Origin: Candidatus Omnitrophota bacterium | GTDB lineage: Bacteria; Omnitrophota; Gorgyraeia; Gygaellales; Profunditerraquicolaceae | Direction: 5' to 3' | NCBI GenBank assembly: GCA_023819035.1 | Contig: JAMWCL010000001.1 | Coordinates: 66,441-130,440, forward strand | DNA: 64,000 nucleotides | In this document: positions 41,992 to 54,436 of the stretch, piece after piece | Layout of the letters: the number at the start of each line of letters is the position of its first letter | Numbering within the stretch: the first letter of the stretch is position 1 | Position numbers and translations under genes: made by a program | Notes under the pieces: generated by a model | Told to the model about the DNA's origin: nothing | Database searches by the model: none | The model's input: only the letters and a program-made list of their open reading frames with translations

Positions 41992-42693
41992 TTAAACCTC
42001 TTTTTTATTTTTTAATAAATCCGGCCTTTTTTCTTGGGTTATCCTTACTGCCTGGGTTCTTCTCCAGGCCGCGATCTTTTTATGATCTCCTGATAAAAGC
42101 ACCTTAGGTACACACATATCTCGAAATCTTGCGGGTCGGGTATACTGAGGATATTCTAATAGACTATCCTGAAATGACTCAAAATTCAAGGAATTTTTAT
42201 CACCCAATACACCGGGAATAAGACGGACTACACAATCAACCAAGACCATCGCAGGTAACTCTCCTCCTGTAAGGATATAATCCCCGATAGAAATCTCCTC
42301 ATCCACAAGATATCTTCTTACCCGTTCATCTACTCCTTCATAATGACCGCAAATTAAAATTATATGTTTAAGTTTGGCTAACCTCTGGGCAATACCCTGA
42401 TCTAATCTTTGGCCTTGAGGAGAAAGTAGAATAACCTTTGTTTTAGCCCTTCTTGATAAATCCGAAAGAATACTCTCTACTGCCCTGAAGACTGGCTCAG
42501 GCCTCATTACCATACCCGAACCCCCACCAAATGGACGATCATCAACCTTTCTATGTTTATCTAAAGAATATTCTCTTAAATTATGAATATAGATTTTAAC
42601 CTTAGATTTTTCTTGTGCCCTTTTAATTATTGACTCGCCAAAAACCGCATCAAACATCTTAGGAAATATAGTAATAATATCAATACGCATCAT
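41992..42693 (-). CDS. trmD: tRNA (guanine37-N1)-methyltransferase
   Basis: 233 aa; SPOUT fold; [14 protein letters not shown] motif. Confidence 0.9.
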   Translation of the reverse strand: MMRIDIITIFPKMFDAVFGESIIKRAQEKSKVKIYIHNLREYSLDKHRKVDDRPFGGGSGMVMRPEPVFRAVESILSDLSRRAKTKVILLSPQGQRLDQGIAQRLAKLKHIILICGHYEGVDERVRRYLVDEEISIGDYILTGGELPAMVLVDCVVRLIPGVLGDKNSLNFESFQDSLLEYPQYTRPARFRDMCVPKVLLSGDHKKIAAWRRTQAVRITQEKRPDLLKNKKEV

Positions 42694-42695
42694 GG

Positions 42696-43835
<1,140 letters not shown>

Positions 43836-43868
43836 TTAAAAAAGATAGATAAAAAAGGAAAGGTTACT

Positions 43869-45365
43869 TTAAGAATCCTTCCTAAAGAAATCAGGGTTTT
43901 GCTCTAAAAGTTGAATAAAGACTTCTACCACATTAGGATCAAATTGCTTACCAATATTTTTTCTTAATTCCTCTTTAGCCTCTTCGATAGTAAGTGCTCG
44001 GGCATAAGGCCTTTCCGTAGTCATAGCATCGAAACTATCTACTACAGCAATTATACGTGCTTTTAAATCTATCTGATCCGCATTTAAACCATTAGGATAT
44101 CCTTGCCCATCATATCTTTCATGATGCTGTTGAATTAACTTAATCTCTTCCTTTAAAAAAGTTAAAGGCTTAAGCATCTCTACCGCCTTAACCGGATGAA
44201 GCCTTATCTCCTTCCATTCCTCCTCATTTAACTTCGCAGGTTTAGTAAGGATATAATCGTGGATACCAATCTTACCTAAGTCATGCAACTGACAAGCCAA
44301 TTTTATAATCTCTACTTCCGCCTTGGAAAGACCCATTGTCTCAGCCAGAAATACTGCATAACGCGTTACACGATCCGAGTGTCCTTTGGTATAATGGTCC
44401 TTAAGTTCAATGATCGAGGTAAGGGTAGAGATAACCTGCAGATAAAACCTTTCCAGACTGATATAGAGCTTGGCATTCTCAATGGCAATCGCTGCTTCTC
44501 CGGCAATACTTATAATTAACCTTAAATCTTCTTCATTAAATACTTGGCGGGAACGTTTATTATTTAGATTGATTACCCCGATCACCTTTTCTTTAAAAAC
44601 CAATGGCACGCTTATAAAAGAACCCGTATAGTATTTTTCCTCATTTTCCTTAGCAAAACGCGGATCCATTTCTATATTATCTACCAAAACCGGTATTTTA
44701 TTTTCAAAGACCCAACCCGAAATCTTATGCCCTATTTTTATCCGTGTATTCAAAATAATCTCCTCAGGTAAACCCTTTGCCGCAGCAATATAAAGTTCAT
44801 CTTTAGTTTCATCTAACAAAACAATGGAACATCTTTCTATTGCTAAAACATCACATATCCTTTCTACAAGCGTAAATAAGACCTCATCTAATTTTAAAGA
44901 AGAGGAAAGTTCTCTACCTATATCAAAAAGAAGGGTTAAATCGTTTGTCTTTTCTACTAACTTAAGCTCCATCTGAAAGAGTTTAAGGTTTTTTTCTACA
45001 ATATGTAAAAAATACTCTTGAGAAAAGGGCTTAAAGATATAATCATCTACATTAGCGATTTTTAACCTTAAGTATATATCTTCATTAAGGTTTTGATCAG
45101 AAAAAATCACGATGGTCTTAAGACCTTTTTTGCTCTCTTTAATAAGTCTAGATACCTCAATATTATCTCTGCCATCAGAAAGATTTACATCTGTTACTAC
45201 CAGATTAAAATACCTATTCTTAACTAAATCTATTGCTTCCTGTCCGCTTCGGGTGGTTACTACCTCATAACCCTCTCTTTGCAAAACCTCAGTTAAAGAT
45301 TTAAACATTATCTCATCACTACCAACCAAAAGAATGCTAAATTTATCTTTTGCAATATCATCCAT
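43869..45365 (-). CDS. response-regulator receiver - GAF - HD-GYP phosphodiesterase protein
   Basis: 498 aa; N-terminal CheY-like receiver (phospho-acceptor in VVTDVNL); central GAF domain; C-terminal HD (LHDLGK) and HHERYDGQGYP HD-GYP signature. Confidence 0.75.
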   Translation of the reverse strand: MDDIAKDKFSILLVGSDEIMFKSLTEVLQREGYEVVTTRSGQEAIDLVKNRYFNLVVTDVNLSDGRDNIEVSRLIKESKKGLKTIVIFSDQNLNEDIYLRLKIANVDDYIFKPFSQEYFLHIVEKNLKLFQMELKLVEKTNDLTLLFDIGRELSSSLKLDEVLFTLVERICDVLAIERCSIVLLDETKDELYIAAAKGLPEEIILNTRIKIGHKISGWVFENKIPVLVDNIEMDPRFAKENEEKYYTGSFISVPLVFKEKVIGVINLNNKRSRQVFNEEDLRLIISIAGEAAIAIENAKLYISLERFYLQVISTLTSIIELKDHYTKGHSDRVTRYAVFLAETMGLSKAEVEIIKLACQLHDLGKIGIHDYILTKPAKLNEEEWKEIRLHPVKAVEMLKPLTFLKEEIKLIQQHHERYDGQGYPNGLNADQIDLKARIIAVVDSFDAMTTERPYARALTIEEAKEELRKNIGKQFDPNVVEVFIQLLEQNPDFFRKDS

Positions 45366-45532
45366 ACTTATTCTCCTTATTATACTTATAACATTTTAAC
45401 AAAAGCTAATTATTTCTGCAAGAAAAATTAAAATAAAGTTAAAGTATGCGACCTTTTGTTCCTTCTACATTAGGAAGACATCCTGCTTATTTATTTGGTA
45501 AAATCAAAAGTATAAAAGAATTTTACATTATC

Positions 45533-46522
45533 TTAAATTATAAGCATAGCATCTCCATAACTATAAAAGCGATATCTCTTATCTATCGCCTCCTGATATG
45601 CTTTTTTAATAAGTTCTATCCCCGCGAAGGCACAGACTAACATAAAAAGGGTTGTGCGCGGAAGATGAAAATTGGTAATCAAACAATCAACTAACCTAAA
45701 TTGGTATCCCGGATAAATAAATAGGTCTGTATAACCTTCTTTAATCCCTAAGGAATAGCTTTCTAAGGCTCTTAAGGTAGTAGTTCCTACCGCAAAGATG
45801 CGTTTTTTATTGAAGTTTGTTTCTCTAATTAATTTTATAGTTGATTCGGGAATAGAAAAATATTCTTTATCTATTTTATGCTGAGTGATATCTTCTATTC
45901 TTACTGGCCTAAAAGTACCATAACTTATATGTAAGGTAAGATAGGCTATATTCACCTTTAAATTAATCTGTCTTATTAATCTGTGATTAAAGTGAAGTCC
46001 GGCGGTAGGAGCAGCGATTGATCCAGGATTTTTAGCATAAACGGTTTGATAGTAAATCTCATCAAGCTTCGTGGGTTGTCTTTTTATATACGGCGGTAAG
46101 GGCATCCTGCCTGCTTTATAAATCTGCTGGATATCTTTAGCTAAAAAGGTAATCTGATCCTTTGCAGTTAATATCCCCTCCAGCCTACCATTATCAAAGA
46201 TTAATCTTTCATTAATTCTTACACGTTTAGGTTTAATAAGCACATCAAATATTAAATCCTCTTTTTTTGTTAAAAGTAAGACTTCCACCTTTGCCCCGCT
46301 AGGCCGTCTTCCTACTAAACGTACCGGCAAAACCTTAGTATCATTTAAAACCAGAAGGTCTCCTTCTTGAAAATACTCGGGTAGATCTTTAAAGAGGCGG
46401 TGCTCTATCCTTTTTTCTTTACGATTTAAAACCAATAAGCGGGCAGTTATGCGTCTCCTTAAGGGATACTGAGCAATAAGCTCCTTAGGTAAAGAGTAAT
46501 CAAAATCGGATAGTCTGTACAT
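45533..46522 (-). CDS. queA: S-adenosylmethionine:tRNA ribosyltransferase-isomerase
   Basis: 329 aa; MYRLSDFDYSLPKELIAQYP N-terminus typical of QueA. Confidence 0.9.
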   Translation of the reverse strand: MYRLSDFDYSLPKELIAQYPLRRRITARLLVLNRKEKRIEHRLFKDLPEYFQEGDLLVLNDTKVLPVRLVGRRPSGAKVEVLLLTKKEDLIFDVLIKPKRVRINERLIFDNGRLEGILTAKDQITFLAKDIQQIYKAGRMPLPPYIKRQPTKLDEIYYQTVYAKNPGSIAAPTAGLHFNHRLIRQINLKVNIAYLTLHISYGTFRPVRIEDITQHKIDKEYFSIPESTIKLIRETNFNKKRIFAVGTTTLRALESYSLGIKEGYTDLFIYPGYQFRLVDCLITNFHLPRTTLFMLVCAFAGIELIKKAYQEAIDKRYRFYSYGDAMLII

Positions 46523-47654
46523 CTGTACCTGGATAATAATATCTAAGAATCTCTAAAAAACTATAACCTTGCTTAGCCATAAAATATGCTCCCCATTGAC
46601 ACATACCCACCCCATGCCCCCAACCCCTTCCTTCAAATACTACATCACGGTTTATAATCTTAAAATTAAAATTTGTGCTTTTTATAATATCAGGACCAAG
46701 GATAATTCTTAAATCCTTGGCCAAGATTTCTTTTTTTTCTTCTTTAGTTAATATTGCTAAATTATTTATCCGACCAGAAGAACTTCTTTGTAAGACTGAA
46801 ATATCCACTATTTCTTTTATATTATAACCTGCTTGATTCAATTTTTTTCTAATCTCGTTTAAAGATAATACCGCATGCCACTTAAAATGCGGAGATTCCT
46901 TACAGAAATTACAATTTATCCCCTTAAGTGGAAAAATATCTATATTCCAAACTAAAGAGGCATCTTCGGTTTTACCTCCGCAGGTAGCATGATAATAGGC
47001 AGGAAGGAGCCTACCATTATAAGTAAGCACCATCCCTTTAGTCTCTTCAACCGCCCTATTTGTACGCAGACGTTCAGATGTTCTACCACCGTAAATCTGA
47101 GAATAAACATCGCAGGTAACATCAAAATCTTGAAGTTTATTTTCTTCTCTCTTATAAAGGGCAAAACTTCGACAGGCTATGGCTTGTGCCTTTAGTGCTT
47201 CCTGTGGCCAATAGTGAGAAACCTCATGATAAAGGATACCTTTAATGTAGTCCTCTAATTCAATATGGTTTACTACTAAAAGGCGACCGTAATGGTTAAT
47301 TATTAACTCAATACTACCTCTAAAGTTACGACCGTTAATAAAGATAGCTTCTTTATCATCTGGTTTAATTAAAAGACGTTCTAAATTAAAATTTATATTA
47401 CCTAAAAGAATCCTTTTTTTATCGGTGAGTGCTGTGGTCTTTAAATCTCTGTCGCGGATTAAGAGTCTATCTGTTTTAGGATCCTTAATCTCGTAAAATC
47501 CTTTTACCTTAATGGTTACCGATGTAATATCCTGAATAATTGCTACGCGAATCAAAGGATAAGACTCAGCATAACTAAAAAAAATAGGAGAATAAAAAAT
47601 AATGATAAAAACAACAGACAAAATTACCTTTTTTAGATTTAACGTCGAGACCAT
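46500..47654 (-). CDS. SpoIID/LytB-domain protein (amidase enhancer family)
   Basis: 384 aa; N-terminal TM segment; SpoIID/LytB-like core (HYCGG-type region ATCGGKTEDASLVW). Confidence 0.7.
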   Translation of the reverse strand: MVSTLNLKKVILSVVFIIIFYSPIFFSYAESYPLIRVAIIQDITSVTIKVKGFYEIKDPKTDRLLIRDRDLKTTALTDKKRILLGNINFNLERLLIKPDDKEAIFINGRNFRGSIELIINHYGRLLVVNHIELEDYIKGILYHEVSHYWPQEALKAQAIACRSFALYKREENKLQDFDVTCDVYSQIYGGRTSERLRTNRAVEETKGMVLTYNGRLLPAYYHATCGGKTEDASLVWNIDIFPLKGINCNFCKESPHFKWHAVLSLNEIRKKLNQAGYNIKEIVDISVLQRSSSGRINNLAILTKEEKKEILAKDLRIILGPDIIKSTNFNFKIINRDVVFEGRGWGHGVGMCQWGAYFMAKQGYSFLEILRYYYPGTDVQTIRF

Positions 47655-47884
47655 AACCAGAGGATTAACGAAAGCAAGATACTAATTAATAGGGAGGTGG
47701 AAAGAGGAAAGTAAAAAATAAAATTTTTTTTCCGGATTAAGATATCTCCGGGAAGTCTGCCTAAAAAAGGAATCTTATGAGCAACCAGAAATAATAATCC
47801 CAAAAAAATCAGAATAACCCCAAAGATAATTAATGTTTTTCCGATACCCGGCATTGCTCTTTTTTTGAATATATACATCCACAA
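47639..47884 (-). CDS. DUF2905-family small membrane protein
   Basis: Two hydrophobic helices; GRLPGDILIRKKNFIFYFPLSTSLLISILLSL resembles DUF2905. The true start is probably the internal MPGIGK (about 47854). Confidence 0.5.
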   Translation of the reverse strand: MWMYIFKKRAMPGIGKTLIIFGVILIFLGLLFLVAHKIPFLGRLPGDILIRKKNFIFYFPLSTSLLISILLSLILWLWSRR

Positions 47885-48378
47885 TATCTCTGACAGTAGA
47901 TACCTTTTTGTTTTGCTTTACGCTGGGCATCTCTAAAGCCTGTGCGAAAATCCTCATAGTAAAACTTAATCCCTACCTCTTTAGCAATATCGTAACCGAT
48001 CTTTTTTAATAAATCGTGATCCTGATAAGGGCTAACTAACAAAGTGGTAGAGAAATAATCAAAATTATTAGCTTTTGCTTCAAGGGCTGTTCTCTTTAAT
48101 CTAAGGTCCCAACAGATAAGGCATCTTTTAGAAGAAGATCTCTTAAGACCAACTCTTTGAAAAAATTCACCAGGTCTATAGGAAGGATAGATAACCTTTA
48201 AATTCATCTGCTGAGCAAAATCCTCTAAAGCCATTTTTCTATTATTAAATTCTCCTAAGGGATGAATGTTGGGATTATAGAAAAACCCAACCAGGGTAAA
48301 TTTTTTTTGGGTTAGGGATTCTAAAGGATATATAAGACAGGGAGCGCAACAGATATGAAGGAATAACCTTTCCATCAA
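47830..48378 (-). CDS. queH: epoxyqueuosine reductase QueH (DUF208)
   Basis: 182 aa; HICCAPC N-terminal and YCGCIYS C-terminal Cys motifs. Confidence 0.8.
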   Translation of the reverse strand: MMERLFLHICCAPCLIYPLESLTQKKFTLVGFFYNPNIHPLGEFNNRKMALEDFAQQMNLKVIYPSYRPGEFFQRVGLKRSSSKRCLICWDLRLKRTALEAKANNFDYFSTTLLVSPYQDHDLLKKIGYDIAKEVGIKFYYEDFRTGFRDAQRKAKQKGIYCQRYCGCIYSKKEQCRVSEKH

Positions 48379-48383
48379 TAAAC

Positions 48384-49433
48384 CTAAAATAGTTCAGCCT
48401 GTTTTTCGTATTTTATACCGAAGTGTTCAAAGGCTAAACGAGTAGCCACCCGGCCGCGTGAAGTTCTTCTTAGATAACCCGCTTTTAAAAGATATGGCTC
48501 AATCGTATCTACAATCGTATCTACCTCCTCATTTAAGCTGGCAGCTAAAGACTCAATCCCGACCGGACCTCCTTCAAATGATTCTAAAAGTGTCTTTAAA
48601 ACCTTGCGATCAATCTCATCTAATCCTGCTTTATCAATTCCTAACTCATCTAAACTCTTAACCGCTACCTCCAAGGTAATCTTATTAAGTCTGGCTACTT
48701 GGGCATAATCACGGATCCTTCGCAGGAGTCGATTGGCAATACGCGGTGTACCCCGTGCACGCTGAGCTATCTCCTGCGCTGCTTCCTCCTGGATATCTAT
48801 ACCCAAGACCTTTGCGGAATGTTTAACAATCTTAGTTAATTCATCAACGCTGTAAAAATCCAAATGATAAAATATCCCGAATCGGTTCCTTAAAGGGCTG
48901 GCTAATAATCCTACCCGCGTAGTTGCTCCCACTAAGGTAAATGGCTTAAGATTAAATTTAATCGTTTTGGCGTAAGGTCCTTTATCAATTACAAAATCGA
49001 TTTGAAAGCTTTCCATTGCCGGATAAAGAAACTCCTCTACCACTTTCGAAAGGCGATGAATTTCATCAATAAATAAAACATCGCCTTTTTCTAAGTTGGT
49101 TAATATTCCAATTAAATCCCCTGCCCGTTCAATCGCCGGACCCGAGGTAGCAGTAATCTTTGCACCCATCTCATGAGCAATAATATGGGCAAGAGAGGTT
49201 TTTCCCAAACCGGGTGGACCGGAGAGTAAAACATGCTCCAAGGGTTCTTTTCTCTGTTTTGCCGCAGCTAAACAGATTTTAAGATTCTCTACAATATCGG
49301 GCTGACCAACAAATTCAGATAAACGGGTCGGTCTTAAAGAGATATTTAAAACAATCTCCTCTTCGGATTCCTCAGTATGATCAAGGATGGGTTTATCAGT
49401 TTTTAGGAGTATCTTTCTTTGTTCTTTCTTCAT
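48384..49433 (-). CDS. ruvB: Holliday junction branch-migration helicase RuvB
   Basis: 349 aa; AAA+ Walker A GPPGLGKTSLA, Walker B LFIDEIHRL. Confidence 0.9.
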   Translation of the reverse strand: MKKEQRKILLKTDKPILDHTEESEEEIVLNISLRPTRLSEFVGQPDIVENLKICLAAAKQRKEPLEHVLLSGPPGLGKTSLAHIIAHEMGAKITATSGPAIERAGDLIGILTNLEKGDVLFIDEIHRLSKVVEEFLYPAMESFQIDFVIDKGPYAKTIKFNLKPFTLVGATTRVGLLASPLRNRFGIFYHLDFYSVDELTKIVKHSAKVLGIDIQEEAAQEIAQRARGTPRIANRLLRRIRDYAQVARLNKITLEVAVKSLDELGIDKAGLDEIDRKVLKTLLESFEGGPVGIESLAASLNEEVDTIVDTIEPYLLKAGYLRRTSRGRVATRLAFEHFGIKYEKQAELF

Positions 49434-50169
49434 AAGGAATTATATTGTTTTTATTTCGGGTAATCAGTATCTCCTGAAATAATCCCTTTTGATAAGCAAT
49501 AATCTCTTTTAAACGGATTAACTCTAATATGGCAAGAAAAATTACAATTATCTCTATCTTATTTTTTGCCTTATTAAATAACTCACTAATGCTTACCGAT
49601 GTCCTAACTAAAAGAAGGTGTAAGATATCATGAATCTTTTCTTCTATAGTAAATTCATCCTTAACCACCTCATAGAACAACTCCTTAGAAATCTCTTTTA
49701 AGGCTTTGGAGAAGGCGTCAATCAAATCAAAGATACTTGCCTCAAAATAAACCTCCTCTTCCTCCTTAAACAACCCCTCTTTATCAACCAAGGCAGTAGG
49801 ACGCCTGAATACCTGCTGTTGATTAGCCTCTCTTTCCTTAAAATTATTAGCGATCTCTTTAAACCTTTCATATTCTAATAATCTTTTCACCAACTCCGCA
49901 CGAGGATCCTCTTCAGTTTGAACCAAAGTCTGCATCTCATCAGGAGGTAGAAGCATCCTTGACTTTATCTCCATTAAGGTAGCAGCCATTACCAAGAATT
50001 CTCCTGCAATATTTAAGTCAAGTAGTTGCATTAAGTTTAAATATTGCATATATTGCTCAGTAACCTCAGCTATAGGGATATCGTAGATATTGAGATGATT
50101 CTTCTTTACTAAATAAAGTAATAAATCTAAAGGTCCTTCAAAAATCTCTAATTTTATCTTATAAGCCAT
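49396..50169 (-). CDS. scpA: segregation and condensation protein A (kleisin)
   Basis: 257 aa; FEGPLDLLLYL N-terminus typical of ScpA. Confidence 0.75.
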   Translation of the reverse strand: MAYKIKLEIFEGPLDLLLYLVKKNHLNIYDIPIAEVTEQYMQYLNLMQLLDLNIAGEFLVMAATLMEIKSRMLLPPDEMQTLVQTEEDPRAELVKRLLEYERFKEIANNFKEREANQQQVFRRPTALVDKEGLFKEEEEVYFEASIFDLIDAFSKALKEISKELFYEVVKDEFTIEEKIHDILHLLLVRTSVSISELFNKAKNKIEIIVIFLAILELIRLKEIIAYQKGLFQEILITRNKNNIIPYEERTKKDTPKN

Positions 50170-51151
50170 ATTTTATCTTAAGCAAACCCCTCACCTCATT
50201 GATTGTCTTAGAGGCCACCAGGGTTGCCTTCTTTCTTCCTTCTTCTAGAATATCAAATATATGCTTTTTATTTTTACTAAGTTGGTGTCTCTTTTCTTGA
50301 TAAGGACCTAAAAAATCCGCGATTATCTTACCGAGTTGCTTTTTACATTCAGTACAACCTATCTTTGCCTTCCGACAGAGCTCTTCAATTTCATTCTTTT
50401 TTTGTCCGGCAAAGATGGTATAATAACTAAAGACATTACAGGCCTGCGGATGCCCCGCATCAGCAAGCCTTATCCTTGTAGGGTCAGTAAACATACCTGC
50501 TACCTTTTTAAGGATCTCCTCGGAAGAATCAGAGAGGGCAATATAGTTATTGTAGCTTTTGCTCATCTTACGGCCGTCTAAACCTAAAAGCCTGCTTGTC
50601 TTAGTAAGGATTGCCTGGGGTGAAGGAAAGAGCTCTTTCTTGTAAAGGTGATTAAACTTCTTAGCAATCTGCCGGGTTAATTCTAAGTGAGGAAGCTGAT
50701 CCTCACCTACCGGAACAGCCTCAGCTTTATAAAGAAGGATATCCGCTGCCTGAAGAACAGGATAACCTAAAAAACCATAGGTGCTTATATCTCGATCAGT
50801 TACCTGACGAAGCTGTTCTTTATAGGTAGGACAGCGTTCAAGCAGACCCAAGGGAGTAATCAAGGAAAAAAACATATATAACTCTAAATGTTCCTTTACC
50901 TGGGATTGAATAAATATAGTCGACTTTGCAGGCGAGATCCCAAAGGCAAGCCAGTCTAAAACATTATCTAAGATATATTCTTTAATATTTTTTGGATCCG
51001 CATACTCTGACATCAGAGCATGCCAATCCGCAACCATATAGAAGCACTCATATTCATCTTGAAGACTTACCCAGTTATCCAAGGTGCCCACAAGATGACC
51101 GAGATGCAATCTTCCGGTTGGTCGCATTCCGCTAAGGATTCTTTTCTTCAT
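50159..51151 (-). CDS. trpS: tryptophan--tRNA ligase
   Basis: 330 aa; class I HIGH (TGRLHLGH) and KMSKS. Confidence 0.9.
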   Translation of the reverse strand: MKKRILSGMRPTGRLHLGHLVGTLDNWVSLQDEYECFYMVADWHALMSEYADPKNIKEYILDNVLDWLAFGISPAKSTIFIQSQVKEHLELYMFFSLITPLGLLERCPTYKEQLRQVTDRDISTYGFLGYPVLQAADILLYKAEAVPVGEDQLPHLELTRQIAKKFNHLYKKELFPSPQAILTKTSRLLGLDGRKMSKSYNNYIALSDSSEEILKKVAGMFTDPTRIRLADAGHPQACNVFSYYTIFAGQKKNEIEELCRKAKIGCTECKKQLGKIIADFLGPYQEKRHQLSKNKKHIFDILEEGRKKATLVASKTINEVRGLLKIKYGL

Positions 51152-53241
51152 AGCTTTCTGGCAATCTTTTCTATTTGATAAGCCTCAATAATATCGCCCT
51201 CGCGAATATCTTCAAATCCAGAAAAAGTCATCCCGCATTCAAAACCTTCTACAACCTCTCTTACATCATCTTTAAACCGCTTCAAAGAAGAAAGGCTTCC
51301 CTCAAAAATAATCTGACCATTTCTAACCAAACTTACCAAAGCATTACGCGTAATCTTTCCTTTATTGACAAAACAACCTGCTACTGTGCCTGCCCGAGAT
51401 AGCTTAAAAACCCTTTTAATCTCTGCTCTACCCAAAAATACTTTTTTTAATTTTGGTTCAAGCATACCTTCTAAGGCCTGCTTAATATCACTGGATAATT
51501 CGTAGATAACATTATAAGTCCTCACATCCAAACCTTCCCTGGCGATTATCGGTTTAGCAAGGTCATCTACAGTTACATTGAATCCTAAGATAAGGGCATT
51601 AGAGGCTACTGCTAATATAGCATCCGAGGGATTTATACTTCCGACACCCGCATGAATGATATCTAATTTTATCTCGGGGGTGCTTAATTTACTTAATACC
51701 TCTTTAATCGCTTCTAATGATCCGTGTACATCTGCCTTAATGATCAATTTTAATTCTTTAAGTTTGCCTTCCTTTATCTGGGTATAAAGCTCCTCAAGAT
51801 TTATTCTTTTTGGTGACCTTATCTGAGCAAGTTTCTCTTTTTCCTGTCTAAGTTTAGCCAATTCCTTGGCCTTATGTTCGTCTTCAATCACAAAGAACTC
51901 TTCTCCTGCCTCGGGGATACCTGAAATCCCCAATACCTCTGCAGGAAAAGAAGGACCTGCTTCAGTTACCGATTGGCTTCGATCATTAAACATCGCTCTT
52001 ATCTTACCATAATATTTACCTACCACGATATTATCATTTAAATGTAGGGTTCCATTTTGCACCAGAAGCGTACAGACCGGTCCTTTGCCCGGAGAAAGCT
52101 TAGCCTCAATCACCACTCCCTTGGCTAATCGATAAGGATTTGCCTTTAATTCTAACATCTGGGCTTCTAAAAGGATCATCTCTAACAGCTCATCAATACC
52201 TACTTGGGTTTTTGCGGAGACAGCCACCGTAATTGTTTTTCCACCCCAATCTTCCGGGGTAAGTCCCAATTCAGAAAGTTGCTTCTTTACTCGCTCAATA
52301 TTTGCCTGGGGTTTATCAATCTTATTTATCGCCACAATAATAGAAACATTTGCCGCCCGTGCATGATCTATCGCTTCGATAGTTTGAGGCATCACCCCAT
52401 CATCAGCAGCCACTACCAAAACTACAATATCAGTAATACGCGCTCCCCGCGCACGCATAGCAGTAAAGGCTTCATGGCCGGGGGTATCTAAAAAGGTGAT
52501 AATACCGTGGGGAAGACATACATGATAAGCACCGATATGCTGGGTGATTCCTCCGTATTCAGACTCCGCGATCTTAGTCTTCCTTATCGCATCTAAGAGT
52601 GAGGTCTTGCCGTGATCTACATGCCCCATAAGGGTCACCACCGGAGGTCTTGGCTTTAATAACTCCAAGGGATCGGGCTGATAATGGATATGTAAGAGCG
52701 TCTCTTCCTCTGTAGGTGCCCTTTTAATTCTAAAGCCCAATCTCTGGCCTAAGCTTGCTACTATCTGCTCCTCTAAAGCCTGATTTATATTAACCATCAA
52801 ACCCATATTTATTAAATTCTTAATTAATTCCGATGGTTTTTGTTGTAACTTAATGGCTAAATCTTTTACGGAGATAGGGAAATTTAATTCCAGCTCTTTA
52901 ACCTCAGGAATTACCTTAGGAGGGGTTGGCCTTTCTAAAACTGGTAAGGTCTCCTCTTTTTTAAGGATTATTTTTTGGGGTACTATTTTTTCTTCGGTTA
53001 ATTCAGATGAGGCTAAGACTTCACGGGCAGAGGTGGAAGATAAAACAGGGGTGGCGGATTCTTCTTTTTTAATCTCTGATCTTTTGCGCGCCGACCTTAT
53101 GGGCTTAATCTTCTTTAAAGCGGGTTCTAATTTTTTAGATTTTCGGGCTATTTTTGCTTGCGTAGATTTAACTACCTTTAGCTTCTTCTCCTTAGAAGAA
53201 CGGATTTTTCTCTGGTTTTGTTTTTTATCCTTCTTAATCAT
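51148..53241 (-). CDS. infB: translation initiation factor IF-2
   Basis: 697 aa; GTPase G1 [24 protein letters not shown]. Confidence 0.9.
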   Translation of the reverse strand: MIKKDKKQNQRKIRSSKEKKLKVVKSTQAKIARKSKKLEPALKKIKPIRSARKRSEIKKEESATPVLSSTSAREVLASSELTEEKIVPQKIILKKEETLPVLERPTPPKVIPEVKELELNFPISVKDLAIKLQQKPSELIKNLINMGLMVNINQALEEQIVASLGQRLGFRIKRAPTEEETLLHIHYQPDPLELLKPRPPVVTLMGHVDHGKTSLLDAIRKTKIAESEYGGITQHIGAYHVCLPHGIITFLDTPGHEAFTAMRARGARITDIVVLVVAADDGVMPQTIEAIDHARAANVSIIVAINKIDKPQANIERVKKQLSELGLTPEDWGGKTITVAVSAKTQVGIDELLEMILLEAQMLELKANPYRLAKGVVIEAKLSPGKGPVCTLLVQNGTLHLNDNIVVGKYYGKIRAMFNDRSQSVTEAGPSFPAEVLGISGIPEAGEEFFVIEDEHKAKELAKLRQEKEKLAQIRSPKRINLEELYTQIKEGKLKELKLIIKADVHGSLEAIKEVLSKLSTPEIKLDIIHAGVGSINPSDAILAVASNALILGFNVTVDDLAKPIIAREGLDVRTYNVIYELSSDIKQALEGMLEPKLKKVFLGRAEIKRVFKLSRAGTVAGCFVNKGKITRNALVSLVRNGQIIFEGSLSSLKRFKDDVREVVEGFECGMTFSGFEDIREGDIIEAYQIEKIARKL

Positions 53242-53244
53242 ATC

Positions 53245-54417
53245 TTATTGATCCTTAAATAACCTCCTGGCCTCCTCAATTATCTTCTTAGCCTTTGTCT
53301 CCTTAATCCCTTTTACCTTTATTAAATCTTTAACCCCTACCCTTAGAATATCCTGGATACTACTGAAACCTGCTTCTTTTAAATTAAGGGCAAGCTTCTT
53401 GCCCACCCCGGGTATTTGCTCTAAAGAAAAGAGCTGTTCCTTCTCTGCCCCTTCTTCTTTTAAAGGTAAAAGGCGAGAGGTCTCTTTTGTCCGAATATCT
53501 AATTCCCAACCAATAAGCTTAGAGGCCAATCTTACATTCTGACCATGTTTGCCAATGGCTAAAGAAAGTTGGTCCTCCTCAACGATCACCTCTGCCTTTT
53601 GGTTTTCTTTATCTAATCTTATCTCTGATACCTTAGCCGGAGAAAGGGCTGCTTTGATGTATTCCCTAATATCTTCATTATACCGTATAATATCGATCCT
53701 TTCGCCTTGTAATTCATTGACCACATTCCTTACCCGACTGCCCCGCATACCTATACAAGCACCCGCGGAATCAACCTTATCATTCTTAGAGTAAACTGCT
53801 ATCTTGGTACGCTCTCCCGGTAGACGGGAGATAGATTTTATCTCCACGATTCCCTCATAAATCTCCGGCACCTCTAACTCAAAAAGTTTCTTTATAAAAT
53901 TAGGGTGAGTACGCGATAAGATAATCTGAGGTCCCTTGGTATCTTTTTTTACTTCAAGTAAATATGCTTGGATACGCTGTCCTTGTTTAAATTCCTCCTT
54001 GGGGGATTGTTCCCTTTTTAAAAGTATCCCTTCAGCCTTACCTAAGAGATCAACAATTATATTATCGCGTTCAAACCGATAAACTGTACCGCTAACAATC
54101 TCACCTGTTTTTGCCTGAAATTCATTATAGATTACCTCTTTTTCTGCTTCACGAATCTTCTGAATAATTACTTGACGAGCAGTAGAGGCGGCGATCCGGC
54201 CAAAATCAATGGAGGTGATCTCCTTTTTATTCTTAAAGGCACGGATCTTACCCGTCTTAGAATCAAATTCTATCTCTAACTCCTCATTTGGCTTAAGGTC
54301 GATGACCTTCTTAGCTGCGCTTAAAAGTGCTGCCTTGATCGCTTCGATTAAAATCTCTTTTTTAATACCCTTTTCTCTCTCAATCTGTTCTATTATGGCA
54401 AGTAACTCTTCACCCAT
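53245..54417 (-). CDS. nusA: transcription termination/antitermination factor NusA
   Basis: 390 aa; S1 and KH domains; tandem helix-hairpin-helix at the C-terminus. Confidence 0.9.
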   Translation of the reverse strand: MGEELLAIIEQIEREKGIKKEILIEAIKAALLSAAKKVIDLKPNEELEIEFDSKTGKIRAFKNKKEITSIDFGRIAASTARQVIIQKIREAEKEVIYNEFQAKTGEIVSGTVYRFERDNIIVDLLGKAEGILLKREQSPKEEFKQGQRIQAYLLEVKKDTKGPQIILSRTHPNFIKKLFELEVPEIYEGIVEIKSISRLPGERTKIAVYSKNDKVDSAGACIGMRGSRVRNVVNELQGERIDIIRYNEDIREYIKAALSPAKVSEIRLDKENQKAEVIVEEDQLSLAIGKHGQNVRLASKLIGWELDIRTKETSRLLPLKEEGAEKEQLFSLEQIPGVGKKLALNLKEAGFSSIQDILRVGVKDLIKVKGIKETKAKKIIEEARRLFKDQ

Positions 54418-54436
54418 GGTCTTTTTAAGGGGTTAA

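Noticed and set aside
45446-45640. 64-aa + strand ORF spanning the queA 3' end and the intergenic region
   Set aside because: It overlaps the queA stop region on the opposite strand, has no motif and no Shine-Dalgarno, so it is a likely shadow ORF.
52853-53251. 132-aa + strand ORF antisense to the infB N-terminal region
   Set aside because: It overlaps infB entirely and is low complexity, so it is likely a shadow ORF.
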